Origin: the human T2T-CHM13v2.0 reference genome, Homo sapiens
Strand: one strand, 5' to 3'
DNA length: 64,000 nucleotides
NCBI RefSeq assembly: GCF_009914755.1
Contig: NC_060929.1
A model generated the notes under the pieces. The model saw nothing but the letters and a program-made list of their open reading frames with translations, ran no database searches and was not told where the DNA came from. Both the position numbers and the translations under genes were made by a program. This document shows positions 1 through 12,370 of the stretch, piece after piece (positions within the stretch are counted from its first letter, which is position 1; each line of letters starts with the position of its first letter).

Positions 1-102
1 GCCCCTTGAGCTTGGATCTTTCAGCCTCCAAAAAAATAATTTCTTTTCTTTGTAAATTACCCAGTTTCAGGAATTCTGTTATAAGCTACAGAAAACTAAT
101 AC
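1..102 (+). mobile_element. 3' end of an ERVL-MaLR LTR (MST/MLT1A type), cut by the window edge
   Basis: CTTGGATCTTTCAGCCTCCA...TAAATTACCCAGTTTCAGGAATTCTGTTATA...CTAATACA matches the MaLR LTR terminus. Confidence 0.7.
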
Positions 103-1599
103 AGACCAGGTGAGCAGAAATTCGCTTTTGCATGAAGATAAAGTAGACGTCAGCTCCTTTCTAGATTGGATTTATGCTTTCAGGTAGAATCTGAAATAAC
201 TCACTCTTCCAAATTTTTGATATCTCTACCTTCTTTAGGGCCTATGACACAGGTTTTAGATATAATTTGACAGACATTTAGGAAGCACATATTATTGGCC
301 AGTGTGCTGGATTCTAGATATTAAAAGATGAATTAAAATAGTCTTTCATCTCTTTGGACCTGGACAGTGGAAAAATCAGCACAATACAAAACATTTGATC
401 CCATTCTTGAAAATAGATTATTATTTTTTTCTTTCAGTACATGATATCTAGATTTAAAAATCTTGAAATATGGATGTTTTATCCCGTTGTTACAAAGGAA
501 AATTGTAGTAAATAAAGGAAATTACCCAAATAGAATCTATAAGAAGTTAAATCACTAAGAATTTCTGCATGTGGTCACAAGCCTTTTAAGAAATACGTAA
601 TTACAAAACGCCTGGTTCTGTATTCACGCATCATATGCATATATCTATGTATGTATATCTCTATATACGCATATTTATGTATGTATGCATCAATATACAC
701 TTTTAATTTAATTTGCAACATCTAACATCTACAAGGAAAAACTGCTCTGTGCTTGCCTCACTACAAAGAAATTTGCACGGTGAGTGCCCTGGTCTTTATT
801 AGGATGTAATGTTATAAAATTCTAGGTATTTACATGAAAAGGGAATAAAACATTAAGGAGAATTTCCTTTTTCTGTTTAATGCAGCGAACACCAAAGGGC
901 CATTTTAAAGCTGTAGAAGTGTCACATAAATTTCCAAAAGAGGCTATAATGTTTTAAACAAAGGATAACACCAACCACAAGAAAAAAAAAAATCACAGAA
1001 ACGAGGAGAAAATACATTTCCTGGCTCTGAAGCTGTTAAACATTCTGAGCCAGGAAACCTCCTTCACCGGGGCGGGGCAGGGAAAGTCTGGCTCTCCTGG
1101 GACCGACTCCCTGCTAAGTCGCCCCAAGTTTTCCCTCCCTCTGTCTTCCATTTTCCGCCCCAGTCTCCAAACAGGGAAGTCACAGGAGAATGCCAACGCA
1201 TACACCTGAAAGGTGTCAGAATTAGACACGGATGCGTGTTTATTTTAAATGCCCACGCACTTAAAATAGGCTGTACTTGCAGACAAACTCAAGGGATTCC
1301 AAACGACGCCTGGAAGTTCATCTTATAGATTGGGGGCCAAGCCTGTAAAAGAACAACAGTAAAACAGAGCCAACAGGACGTTGCTTCGCTCCGAAGGGTT
1401 CGCGCGTAGCGCGCTGAGCCGGTGCCCAGGCTGGGGCCTGGAGCCGCAGCCCCGAAAAGGCGCGCTGCCCCTTTAAAAGGCCGCGCATCTCCGGGCCGGC
1501 CTTCCTCCCCGGGGCTCCAGCTGTGATTGACGCTGGGCGGCGAGAGGAGGCGCCTGGCGCTAACAAAAGTCCGGCCCGCGGGCGAGCTGCGCCGGGTCG

Positions 1600-2087
1600 C
1601 TAGTCTTCACTCGCTCCGGGGACCCGCAACAAGTGGCCGCCGCGCCCTCCCCGGGGAAGCCGCGGGCGCGCAGGGGCAGCCGAAGGAGGCGGTCGAGCCG
1701 CGGAGCCCAGGGGCCTGCCCGGCTCAGCGCCCACCGGAGGGGATCGGGGCGGGCGGATGGGGACCCGGCGGCGGCGGCGCGGTGAGCCTCTGGGCGGCCC
1801 CGGGGCGCGGGCTGTGCGCGGCGCTGCGCCCGCCGGCCCCCAGCGCGGATTGTAAGTGCTGCAGCTGTGCCCGGCCCCGCCTGGAGCCACCGGGGGTGCC
1901 AGGAGGGGACGCAGCACCCCCTCCCACTGGAGTGCGGGGACCTCTCCAGGCCGGAGGTCGGCCCCGGAGCTTGGGGGGGATGTGCAGCTAACGGTCCCGT
2001 CGGGCGGGCTTTCCTCGGGCCGAGCGCGCAGGACGTGCGCCGCAGCTATGGAGTGTCCCGGGAGACGGCGGGCATGACGGCTACAGG
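1600..2087 (+). other. FBXL7: FBXL7 exon 1 5' UTR (start approximate)
   Basis: GC-rich sequence directly upstream of the recognised start codon inside the CpG island; the exact TSS cannot be fixed from sequence. Confidence 0.65.
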
Positions 2088-2124
2088 ATGGGCGCGAACA
2101 ATGGCAAACAGTACGGCAGTGAGG
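2088..2124 (+). CDS. FBXL7: FBXL7 first coding exon (37 nt, MGANNGKQYGSE-G, phase 1); SCF E3 ligase substrate receptor
   Basis: Strong Kozak AGGATGG; peptide matches the FBXL7 N-terminus as I recall it (MGANNGKQYGSEGKGSSS...); consensus donor AGG|GTGAGT at 2124/2125. Confidence 0.93.
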
Positions 2125-3261
2125 GTGAGTGGGCCGCCCGTCCTCAGACTCCCGGATCGCGTCCCTCCTCCCCTTTCCCTCGCCCTCCCGACTGGGAAGG
2201 GAGGTTCTCGCCCGCGGCCGTGACGCACCCCATTTGGCACCCTGTCTGGGTCACCACCTTCTCCTTTGGCAGTGAGTGACCAGTGAGTAGGTCAGGCGCC
2301 CCGAGGATGCTTTTCCACTGTGGGGGTCTCTTTAAGCAACTTCCCAGTTTGTCTTTGGGAAGGCTCAAGTTGCATCTCTGCTGTGTTTCTGAGCACATAT
2401 GCCTTAACCTTCCTTCCCTGGGCATCTGGGGTTTAGGAGATGATGGTTTGGCAGATGGCGGAAGACGTTTTTGAAAAATAACTCAGTGAAAACTTTCCCG
2501 GGCCTTTGTGCTCCAGCCCCCTGGACTCTACTGTAGCAGAAAAAACTTCTGGAAGGAGAAGTTAAGTTTCCATTCTTTGCTCGCTGCTCCTGCTCTGACA
2601 GCTTCATGAAACTAAGCACCTATCAGTCCTGCGAGGCGTGGAATGGCTGGGGGCTTTGTCTGGTCTCTCTCGGGGCTGGAGACGGGCAAAGGACCATCTG
2701 TTACGTGGGGCTGGAAATTGCACAGAAATATTGCCTGTCAAGTGGGAACTTGGAAGTTAGGGAAACTTTAAACTCCACCTACTCCTAAAAGGATGATGGA
2801 TGTCTGGGTTGGCTTCTCCCTTCTCTCTCCTACCTCCTCCCACTCTGCATAAAACCGTAGCGTTGTATCCCAATTAGCAGCTAGCCCCTGATACGCATAA
2901 GGCAAAGGCATTTTTCTGCAGTTCAAAAGTTAAGAAGGTTTGTGTCTAGTGGTCTTGGCTGAAGAGGAGTGGAAGAGACCGGGTCAGTTTTACAGCCCGC
3001 CCCCAGAGGACAGTTGGTTACAAAGGAGGGGCCAGCGCTTGCAGACTGGTAGGAATGCAGGCTAGCTATTCAGCCTGTGGCCTGGAGGAAACTCTTATCA
3101 TCCTGTTCGAAACTTTGAGCTGTGGCCACAGAATGTGGGTGTCTCTCCTCGTTTCTCAGCAGTTTTGTGAAATTACAGCAGAAACCGACCCTACAAAAAC
3201 CATATCCACAAGAACCTTTTCTTTAAGTCATTCTTTTTCCAGATCATCATGTTTTGACTTC

Positions 3262-3272
3262 CATATGTGCAT

Positions 3273-3304
<32 letters not shown>

Positions 3305-3305
3305 A
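3262..3305. repeat. (TG)n microsatellite
   Basis: Pure GT run at ~3278-3304 with ATGT-type flanks. Confidence 0.95.
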
Positions 3306-4418
3306 TCTATGTATATTTCCTTGTCTTGGGCAGTGATTTGAGTTTTTTTTTTTTTTGACAATTTTTTTTTTAAAGTTAAAGGCTGCCTTTTTAGATAGCA
3401 AATGTGAAAGTATGCCAAAAAAGATTATTGGAGAATCTGGGCCACTCCCCAAAACGTCTTAGAGTTAATATTATAAAAATGTGAGGAAAAGTAAGTGATT
3501 AAGCCTTCTTACTCCGAGTTATTAAAAAGCTTTCAGGATATAATTGTAGCATGTGCTTGTCAGTTCTGGGTGTATGCTAGTTGAACACTGTCGGGGGGAG
3601 AAAGACAGCCCAAGGGGTACATAGAATCACTGCTATGAGTTCTTTCTTGAACAATCCCCTGCCCCCACCCCACCCGCCTCCCGCCCCAGCCCTTCTAATC
3701 CTCTGCAACTTGTTCTTCTATCCCAGCATTCTCGTATTGTGCAGTGTGTGGTATATGACGACTTCCTGTCTGAACAGCAGAATTTTCAACCCTTGGGAGA
3801 GAAAAGGAGAGACAGGGAACTAATGTTCTCCAGCTGTTATCCTTAAATGCTACCTCTGCATTTTCACTTCAGCCGAAGTGAAATTTCACTGGGATCAGAT
3901 TTAGATGCACTGTGGACTTTTTATAGGAAAAACCTCTTGTGCTCAGCTGATTCAAGAGGACCAATAGGAAGCTTTACAAGGTAACTGTGAGTTTTGGCTA
4001 GAGGTACACACTGTGTTTAGTTTTCATCAACTTTCTTCAAATGCATCGAGATTCCTCTGTTACAGGTGAGGAAAACAGAAATAGAATGACCTTCTTTTTT
4101 CTTCTCTAAACCCCACCTATACTGTGGCTCCTCCCAAATAGGGATGTAATATATGTAATGGGTTATGGTCAACTTTGTTATTCCATGGTAGATTGCAAAT
4201 AACCTGCTGGGCTCAGGTGTGGCAGTGCCATCTTTCTTATCTAAAATGTTACATTTCAAAGAAAGTAAAAGCAACCCCTAGACATAGTATCTTTATTATC
4301 AAAGCTGACTGAAAATTAAGACAGTTTTATAGAGTTAGTGGATTTTCTGTATGGTATATCTCAAACATAAGGAGGAAATTATCCATGAGTGCATAACAAT
4401 AAAATACAGTGAGAGATT

Positions 4419-5165
4419 TATTAAAGTAAAATAAATATGGCTTGAGAAGTACTCTGTACTTCTATATTTGAGTCCCTGTGAACTGCAACCTAACTTAATA
4501 GCTAGGCAAGATTGAAAACCTTAGGCTTATGTACCTGTAACAATAGCTGAGGTCGGGCGCGGTGGCCCACACCTGTAATCCCACCAATTTGAGAGGCCGA
4601 GGCGGGCAGATTACTTGAGGTCAGGAGTTCAAGACCAGGCTGGCCAACATGGTGAAACCCTGTCTCTACTAAAAATACAAAAAGTATCCAGGCGTGGTGG
4701 CGCATGCCTGTAATCCTACCTACCCAGAAAGCTGAGGCAGGAGAATCGCTTGAACCTGGGAGGCGGAGGTTGCAGTAAGCTGAGATCACGCAACTGCACT
4801 CTAGCCTGGGCAACAGGACAAGACTCCGTGTCAAAAAACAAAACAAAAGAAAACAAAACAAAACAAAAGCTGAGTCTTGGCCAATCCCAGCAGCCATATT
4901 CAACCAGTCATACACTGCTGAGTGTTCAAACTGTGTTTAAATAAGGCAAACGCCAGCCTGTAACCAATCTTGCTGTTTTCTGTACCTTACTTCCGATTTT
5001 TGTATGCCATTTTCCTTTTTTTGTCTCTAAATCTTCTTCCACCATGTGGATGTCCTGAAGTCTCTGTGAATCCACTGTGATTCTGGGGGCTGCCTGATTT
5101 GCGAATTGTTCGTTGCTCAATTAAATTCCTTTAAATTTAATTCGGCTGAAGTTTTTCTTTTAATA
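4419..5165 (+). mobile_element. MER57A-type solo LTR (ERV1) split by an Alu
   Basis: TAAATATGGCTTGAGAAG...CTGTAACAATAGCTGAG[Alu]TCTTGGCCAATCCCAGC...GCTGAAGTTTTTCTTTTAATA matches the MER57A consensus. Confidence 0.8.
4551..4866 (+). mobile_element. AluS, full length, with (AAAAC)n tail
   Basis: Two Alu monomers; TSD AACAA(T/A)AGCTGAG on both sides. Confidence 0.97.
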
Positions 5166-5414
5166 GATAGCTCGACTATAAAATATTAGTGTTTATGTTT
5201 CAAAAATCTGCAACTTAAGTATATTTTACTTATTAATGACAGTTGACATCGCTGTGCAAATGTTTGTTGAATATTACAAATATTGTTGAATTATTAGAAC
5301 TTTTAACACGTCAATATTCTGTTGGTAATCTCATTATCTTCTGCTCTTGGAAAATACCTTTTCATTAAAAACAGTTATTCACGAGGCTTACCTTAGCAGA
5401 TGTAATGGGCAGAG

Positions 5415-5530
5415 GCCTCCAACTCAGTGTATTCCAAGGACTAGCGCTATCCGCATCACCTGGGAGCTTGTCAAAAATGCAAAACTACTCCATCATTTAT
5501 CACGTGCATGTTAAAGTTGAGAGAACTTAC
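5415..5530. mobile_element. MER5-like hAT-Charlie fragment
   Basis: GCATCACCTGGGAGCTTGTCAAAAATGCA core. Confidence 0.55.
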
Positions 5531-6574
5531 TGTGTAGAGTACAGAGCATTGACTTGGGAGTCTAAAAATTTAATTTCAGCATCAACTCCGGGGTGTTTGT
5601 TCTCTAAAGTGAAGAGAGAAATTTCTTGACATTACTTGTTATTATGTGTTCCTTGAATGTGTAGTCATTCATTTCATTTTTCTCTTATAATGCCGTAAGG
5701 GACCACTTCATAGAGATTAACTTTGGAAAGACATTAACTAACAGGGAAGTTAAGACTGTTATTACCAAGAAATCAGTAAATATTCCTCCCACTTTTGTCA
5801 TCCTTTTTGATCTCTCGTCTCTGTCTTCCTCACGAACTCCCGCCTCCTCTTCTAACTCAACCAGTCCTGAAATCCTTGCTTTTCTCCATAGATCAAAGGT
5901 ATGTGTAAATCGATAATGAGTGTTTCCAAAGTGTTTTGTTTTCCTAAGTCCTTAGTGAATATTCAGGTTATTGGACTAATTTGCAGCCCCATCTCCTATT
6001 GCTGTTAGAGAGACTTGGATTTTACTCCAGGGATAAAGCTAATATCTACGTGATTAGTATGGTCTGGTAAATTCTTTTATGGAGGAATTTTTTTGTGTGT
6101 GTATATCTCTTTCATAAAGTGTAAGTCCATGTGTAGAAATCTGGAGAATAAGTTGGGGTGCTTCAAAGTCATTAGAACCATTAGCTTTGACTCCAGTTAA
6201 GCCAAATAAATCTCAGTTCAAGTGGGAAAAGAGAAGCTGCTCTCCCTGCCTTTTAAGGTTTCTGAGCCTCACCATCACTTACTCAGTGGTTTCAGTGTCT
6301 TGTTTATTCTGCTTCAGCAGGTCAGAGGCAGTACCATTTTCACTGTTAACAGCTTGTTTGCAAAGCCGAGGACATTGTTGAATTGGGGCTGATGAGAGAC
6401 CATAGGGAAAGGGCGAGATCCTTGGTAACTCTGCTGCTCTACCAAGGGCAGTGAATTCCTTTCACCATCTCAGATCGGTGCTGTCAGATATGAGGAGAGC
6501 CATTTGCCTGAGAGCATAAATCTTCACAAATCCATCGCCACCTCAGGAAACATATCTTGAAATTATAATAACAG

Positions 6575-6803
6575 TGGCAGCTAACATTTATTGAAAGCTT
6601 TCTATGTCCGGGCATAATTCTAAGGACTTGCCATGCAGCGACCCACTTCATCCTCGCAAGGATCTTGTGGGGTAGTTACTTGTAGATTCCACATTTTACT
6701 AATGAGGAAACATAGGACCAGAGAGGATGATCATTTTCCCAAGGTCATTCAGTGAGTGTAGGCTGAATGGGGACCCGGGGCCAGCTCTATCTAAGCCCAG
6801 AGT
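6575..6803 (-). mobile_element. MIR SINE
   Basis: GCTAACATTTATTG...CATTTTACTAATGAGGAAAC...CCCAAGGTCA MIR core in reverse. Confidence 0.75.
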
Positions 6804-6804
6804 C

Positions 6805-7180
6805 ATTATTCATTCATTCAACTTAAATATATGTTAACTTTTTACTTCCCGCTATGGGCCCAGGACTCATAGATTCTTAGGATAAGTCAGTAAACAGATG
6901 AAGGTCCTGTCCTTGTCATTCATAAATGCTTGTGTGTGTGTGAGCTTATGTGTTGGGAGGAAGGGGAACTAGAATGGTGAACACCCACACACAGTAATTC
7001 AGTAAACCATGTGGTACACTATAAGGGGCTAAGGTCCCTGAATAAAGAAAATTGTCAGATTAAGATGATTGGGAATATGGGCGTAGGGTATTACATTTTA
7101 ATTAGAGCAGGCACCATGAGCCTTACTGAAAAGTTGGCATTTAGACCAAGACCTGAAGGACATGATGGGCTGAGCTTTGA
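6805..7180 (-). mobile_element. L2 3' end relic
   Basis: ATTCATTCATTCAAC terminus followed by degenerate L2 3' sequence. Confidence 0.55.
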
Positions 7181-7237
7181 GGATCCAGGTAGCATGCTGG
7201 CTGCTACTTTTAATCACTGTGATGAACCGAGGGACAT

Positions 7238-7916
7238 TCAAGTGTCCCCCACATCCGCTGGGGATGAATTCTGAAAACCCCAGTGGATGCCTAAAACTTG
7301 GAGAGTACCGAACCTGATTGCAGTCAGTCGGAACGTTTCTGTCCATTTCTTCAACCCTCAAATTTAATTCCATCTTAATTAAGCACTTATCATGCATGGT
7401 GGCTCTAACTTTTACAGTTTGAGGTAAGACAGCAAAGCTAGCAGGAATTTCTTTTTCCTTCTTCACAGTTTTACGGATAGAATATTCATTCTTACTGTAA
7501 ATCTTAGCAGCCTCAGCATACAATTTTTTTTTTTTCCTGAAGAACTTTCAACTTTTCACTTAAAGGAAGCCGTTTATGACTTCTTGGTCTATTTTAATTG
7601 CCAGCATCATTCCTGTCACACTTTGGGGCCATTAAGAAGTAGAATAAGGGTGACTTAGACACAAGCACTGCAATCCCTCCACAGTCAATTCGATCACCGA
7701 GATGGCTATTCCGTGACTCCAGGGCAGGAAGTGTCTACAGTGTGGAGTTGCTGGACCTCCCAAGATGGTGTGAGATTTTATCACGCTACTTGGAAAGAAC
7801 TCAAAATTTAAAACTTAGGAATTGTCTATTTCTGGAAATGTTTATTTACTATTTTTGAAATACAACCATGGGTTGCTGAAACTGAACAGTAAAACTATGG
7901 ATAAGGGGGACTTCTG
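7238..7916 (-). mobile_element. MER44 (Tigger7-derived) DNA transposon
   Basis: Right end GGATAAGGGGGACTTCTG-TA, decayed left end GTCCCCACATCC, internal GAGATTTTATCACGCTACT. Confidence 0.8.
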
Positions 7917-7929
7917 TACAGTTTATGCT

Positions 7930-8298
7930 TGTCTTAGACAGTTCAAGCTGCCATAACAAAGTACCATGACCAGGTGACTTATTAACAACAGAAATTTGTT
8001 TCTTACAGTTCTAGAGGCTGGAATTCTGAGATTGGGGTTCCAGCACAGACAGGTTCTGGTGAGGGCCCTCTTCTGAGTTGCAGATTGCTGTCTTCTCATT
8101 GTATTCTTGCATGGCTGTGAGGGAAAGAGAGCAAGCTAACTCTCTGGCCTCTTCTTTTAAGGGCACTAATGTCATTCATCAGGGTTCTACCCTTGTAACC
8201 TAATTACCTCCTACAGGCCCCACCTCCAAATGCTATCACGTTGGGATTAGAGATTCAGCATATGAATTTTGGGAGGGCACAATCATTCACTCCTTTGC
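7930..8298 (-). mobile_element. MLT1A-type MaLR solo LTR
   Basis: GCTGCCATAACAAAGTACCA...CAGTTCTAGAGGCTGG...CATATGAATTTTGGGAGG. Confidence 0.8.
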
Positions 8299-9117
8299 AA
8301 AGTGTGAGGGCATAAATTTATCATTTTGCACAAAGTATAACATTATCCGTCTTCTGTAGTCAGCTATTAATCCAATGCAACAGGGTCAGTCTGGCCACTG
8401 GGCATACTAGATTCTTTGCTAATATGTTTCATCCACTTATAACAGATAATTTGTGACTTCATTCAAGGGAAGGGAGGAGAAGGCCCAGGGCGTGCTCTTC
8501 AAACGTAATATCCTATTATTGCTTTGACTACTGAATGCTGCCTGACTTATTGGATATGTGCATATTGGCCTAAGATATCTCAAAAAATCACCCTAGTTCT
8601 GAGTAGAGGTAGGTGTTCATCTTTTGCCTCTAGTGACTAATTTCATTCTGATGCAAGTCAGAGTTAAGTGATACTGTTCCACTGTTAGTTTCAAATAAAA
8701 GCATTAGTGCAGCTAACAATAACGTCTTTGGTCTAACAATGAGAAGATATTTTTTCGAGATTTGGGGATCTTTTTGCACATTTAAAACAAAACAGAAAAT
8801 AGAGGTAGCTTTTCTTTTCACTTGGAAATCAACTCACATAAACTGTCTTAACTCTCTTTGCCTTTTGAAATAGAATGAATTCTGGATTGATTTTGAGTAT
8901 TAAGATGCACTTTTGTCCTAAGGCCATATCCACTGGTGTCTCTGAAAGCTGCTTAGATAACTTTGCCTGGCTTTTTGGTAGAACTTTCTAGGTATTATGC
9001 ATTTTAAGATGGCCTTAGGGATGTAATAAAATATGTGACAGCATCTGGAATAAAATCTAGAGTGAATAAATTTCTTGAATGGATGAAGGGAATAAATAAA
9101 GTTTAGATACTTATATA

Positions 9118-9760
<643 letters not shown>

Positions 9761-12189
9761 TACCTTAGAAAATGACATTTGAAGAGCTGTCATGAAGAAA
9801 ATTAGACTTCAGAGTGCTGAACAAAGAATATACATAAGTTACAAGAAGTTATATTTGGCTCAGTCTAAGGAAGATCTGTCTAATGATTAGAGCTGCCCAA
9901 ATCGTAGCTGGGCTACCTAAGGAAAGAGTGAGCCCTCTCAAATGGGAAGGTGGTAATCACAGTGGAGGAGGTTGTGCTAGAGATTTCTGCATTGAGTAAG
10001 GGGATCAACTATCTGACCCTGAACCACGTTCCCTAGGAAACATTCTATCACATAATCACATGTGATTATGTTTGATGAAGGGTTATTAGTTCTAAGTCAT
10101 GCTGCTACTTTTTCTCTTTAGTACTTCTTTCTCTGTCATATTAGTTACTGATTAGAAAATACTTCCCTCACTTTTTCTGGGCTAATTATGCATGTGAGTG
10201 TATTATACATACGTGTTTATATCTATCTAAATATATTTAGATATTAATTTTGAAAATCTACCAATTTTCTTTATTTCTTTGCCTTTGGTGGGAGATAACC
10301 TGCACCAAAAATTGGATGTGATAAATGATTTCCTATTTTCAGTGCAGTAATGGATACCAAGTAAACTTACAGCGTTATCGTTACTTTTATTACTGCCCTA
10401 AAACACGTAGATCTACTAAACTTGAAGCAAGACCCTTAATTGTGTTTATGGTGAATGACTTGAATAAATCTTTTCACTTCGAGATGACTTTTAATTGATG
10501 TTATTGGTCAGTGATATTTGATCAGAAGCTACAGACTAGAACCATACAAAAAGGGCATCTTCCTCAGGGAGCGCTGAGGCACTTTTGTATAGCACAGGGT
10601 CTGCTGGGAGGGGCAGAGTGGCAGTTCTTCCTCCTGGTAATAAAATCAGTGTTGGTGGAACTTCCTCAGAATGTAGCTTCTTTCTTTTTTTTTATTCCTG
10701 CTATAGCTACAGAAATTCAGATCTCCTCTTTCATCTCTTACTGCATTAATCTCTAGATACAATAAGATGTACTCTAAGGAAGTTCAGAGTCTAATTGAGA
10801 AGCTAGGCATGGAGGCCAGTGATTTCCAAACAAGATAATCTTCCTGATTCACAGAAAGACTCTACTTCCCCAGTGTGCTAAATGTGGACATGAGTGAGAA
10901 GTGGGAAGTGCGCCTAAGAATTGAGTTACCCTCTAAGTAATGACAACCCTGGACAACGTCTTTAATTCCTGAAATGTCTAAAAGATGTGCCTGTTTTCTA
11001 AAAACAAAACCCCAAAACCAACAACAACAACAAAAAAAAGTGAGTAGCTGGGAGGAAGTAGAGTGTAGGCTCTTGGGAGAAGCTAAATATTTTGTTTAGA
11101 GATTCTCCCTGGTTATCCTCAAAACCATCATATTCCATTTCTCATATGGCTTGGTCCATGGAAGGTGATTCCTGTGGGTTCCGTGTAAGTGAGGACCATG
11201 GTATGCTTTAGCAAATGGGCGGAAAAACCTGGCCTGCCTGGGTGCTTCCCCAGCCTGTGTACCGCAGAGAATAATAGTGGAAGCTGGTGGGCAGCTACTT
11301 CTAAAACGTGCTAGTTAATACCCCAGAGAGGGACAGCTTTAAAACTTTTGACATGAATAATCACTGACCATCTCTGAATTTTCCTGGGTAATGAAAAACA
11401 AGCACATGGTCAGCATTTTCCCCGTTCCGTAGTTGAAAAAGTGTAGACTGTTTCTGGAACTGCAAATCTCTATTAGGTTGTGAATTACATTTACTCATTC
11501 TATCAGTTCCTCTTTAAATTCTTAAACCAGTAACAAAATGAAAAACAGTTGTTAGCACTGCGTGAACTCATAATTGTAACTGTAGAAGCCATGAGCAATG
11601 TGTAGAAATGTTATTAAAACATTTTTTGTTTGCTACCCTTTCTGTGGTAAATTCCTTTGCTGCAGTTTCTGTGCAGATGTAGCAGTGGAAAGGGAGTCAA
11701 AATTTCTAGAGAAAAATTTCAGGAATTTCTCTGATATTTGTGGATTGGCCCTTTTGCTGCAAGTAAGCCACTTTTTGGCAAGGTGGAGAAGTCAGGAAAA
11801 GTCTACTTATATGTGAAGTTGAACCTTTTGGTTCTATTGAGTACTGGGGTCAAGTAGTAGAAGCATCTTGGTTAAGTCCAAGACCAAGGGCAGGTCTTAA
11901 CACATTCCAGCTGTCAGTGGTAACTCAGACCCCAGGAAGAAGAAGAAGGTATGCAGCTGAGGGAGGGGAGGAAGAAAGAACATAAAAATAAGGAGAGGAG
12001 AGAAGAGGACAAATTCAGGGAGATTGGGAATTAGAGCATCAATTGCCCTCTAATGTAAAAAGAACAAAATCAATGTTCTACTTAACTCTCTTTTCTTCAA
12101 AAGAAAACTTAGGGGACAAAAATGATTATTAATAGATATTTGGTAAGCTTGGCTATTGCCAAGTTTATTCCATTTTCAATCATTTTAAT

Positions 12190-12370
12190 AATTATAGCTA
12201 GCAGTTATTGAGCACTTACTAGGTGCCACTTGCTCCCAGAGCACCTTAAGTCATTCATGTAATGCTAAAGACAGCCAATGAGGCTGGCACTGGTGATTGA
12301 TCCCACTTTACAGTTACCCACACAGAAGCTTAGATGCCAACTCCCTACCCAGGGCACACAGCTGGTGTGT
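12190..12370 (-). mobile_element. MIR SINE
   Basis: TTATTGAGCACTTACTAGGTGCC...CCCACTTTACAG...CCCAGGGCACACAGCTGG. Confidence 0.6.

Larger units (their letters stand above)
1350..2310. promoter_or_regulatory. FBXL7: CpG island promoter spanning FBXL7 exon 1
   Basis: Very high GC and dense CpG against an AT-rich, CpG-depleted background; GC boxes just upstream (GGGGCGGGG ~1069, CCGCCCC ~1155); TATA-like TTTAAAA at 1472-1478. Confidence 0.93.

Noticed and set aside
2125-2279. Continuation of ORF 2088..2279 past the donor
   Set aside because: Read-through into the intron beyond the strong GTGAGT donor
1318-2425. Many overlapping 60-154 aa ORFs on both strands
   Set aside because: Stop-poor GC-rich CpG island; low-complexity Pro/Gly/Arg/Ala products, many from non-ATG starts; only 2088-2124 matches a known protein
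4502-4915. 137-aa ORF, and similar ORFs at 19374, 20305, 30590, 42850 and 58348
   Set aside because: Alu-derived translations (LECSG..., [12 protein letters not shown])
10224-10243. 20-bp palindrome TATCTAAATATATTTAGATA
   Set aside because: Lies in a TA-rich low-complexity patch where palindromes are expected
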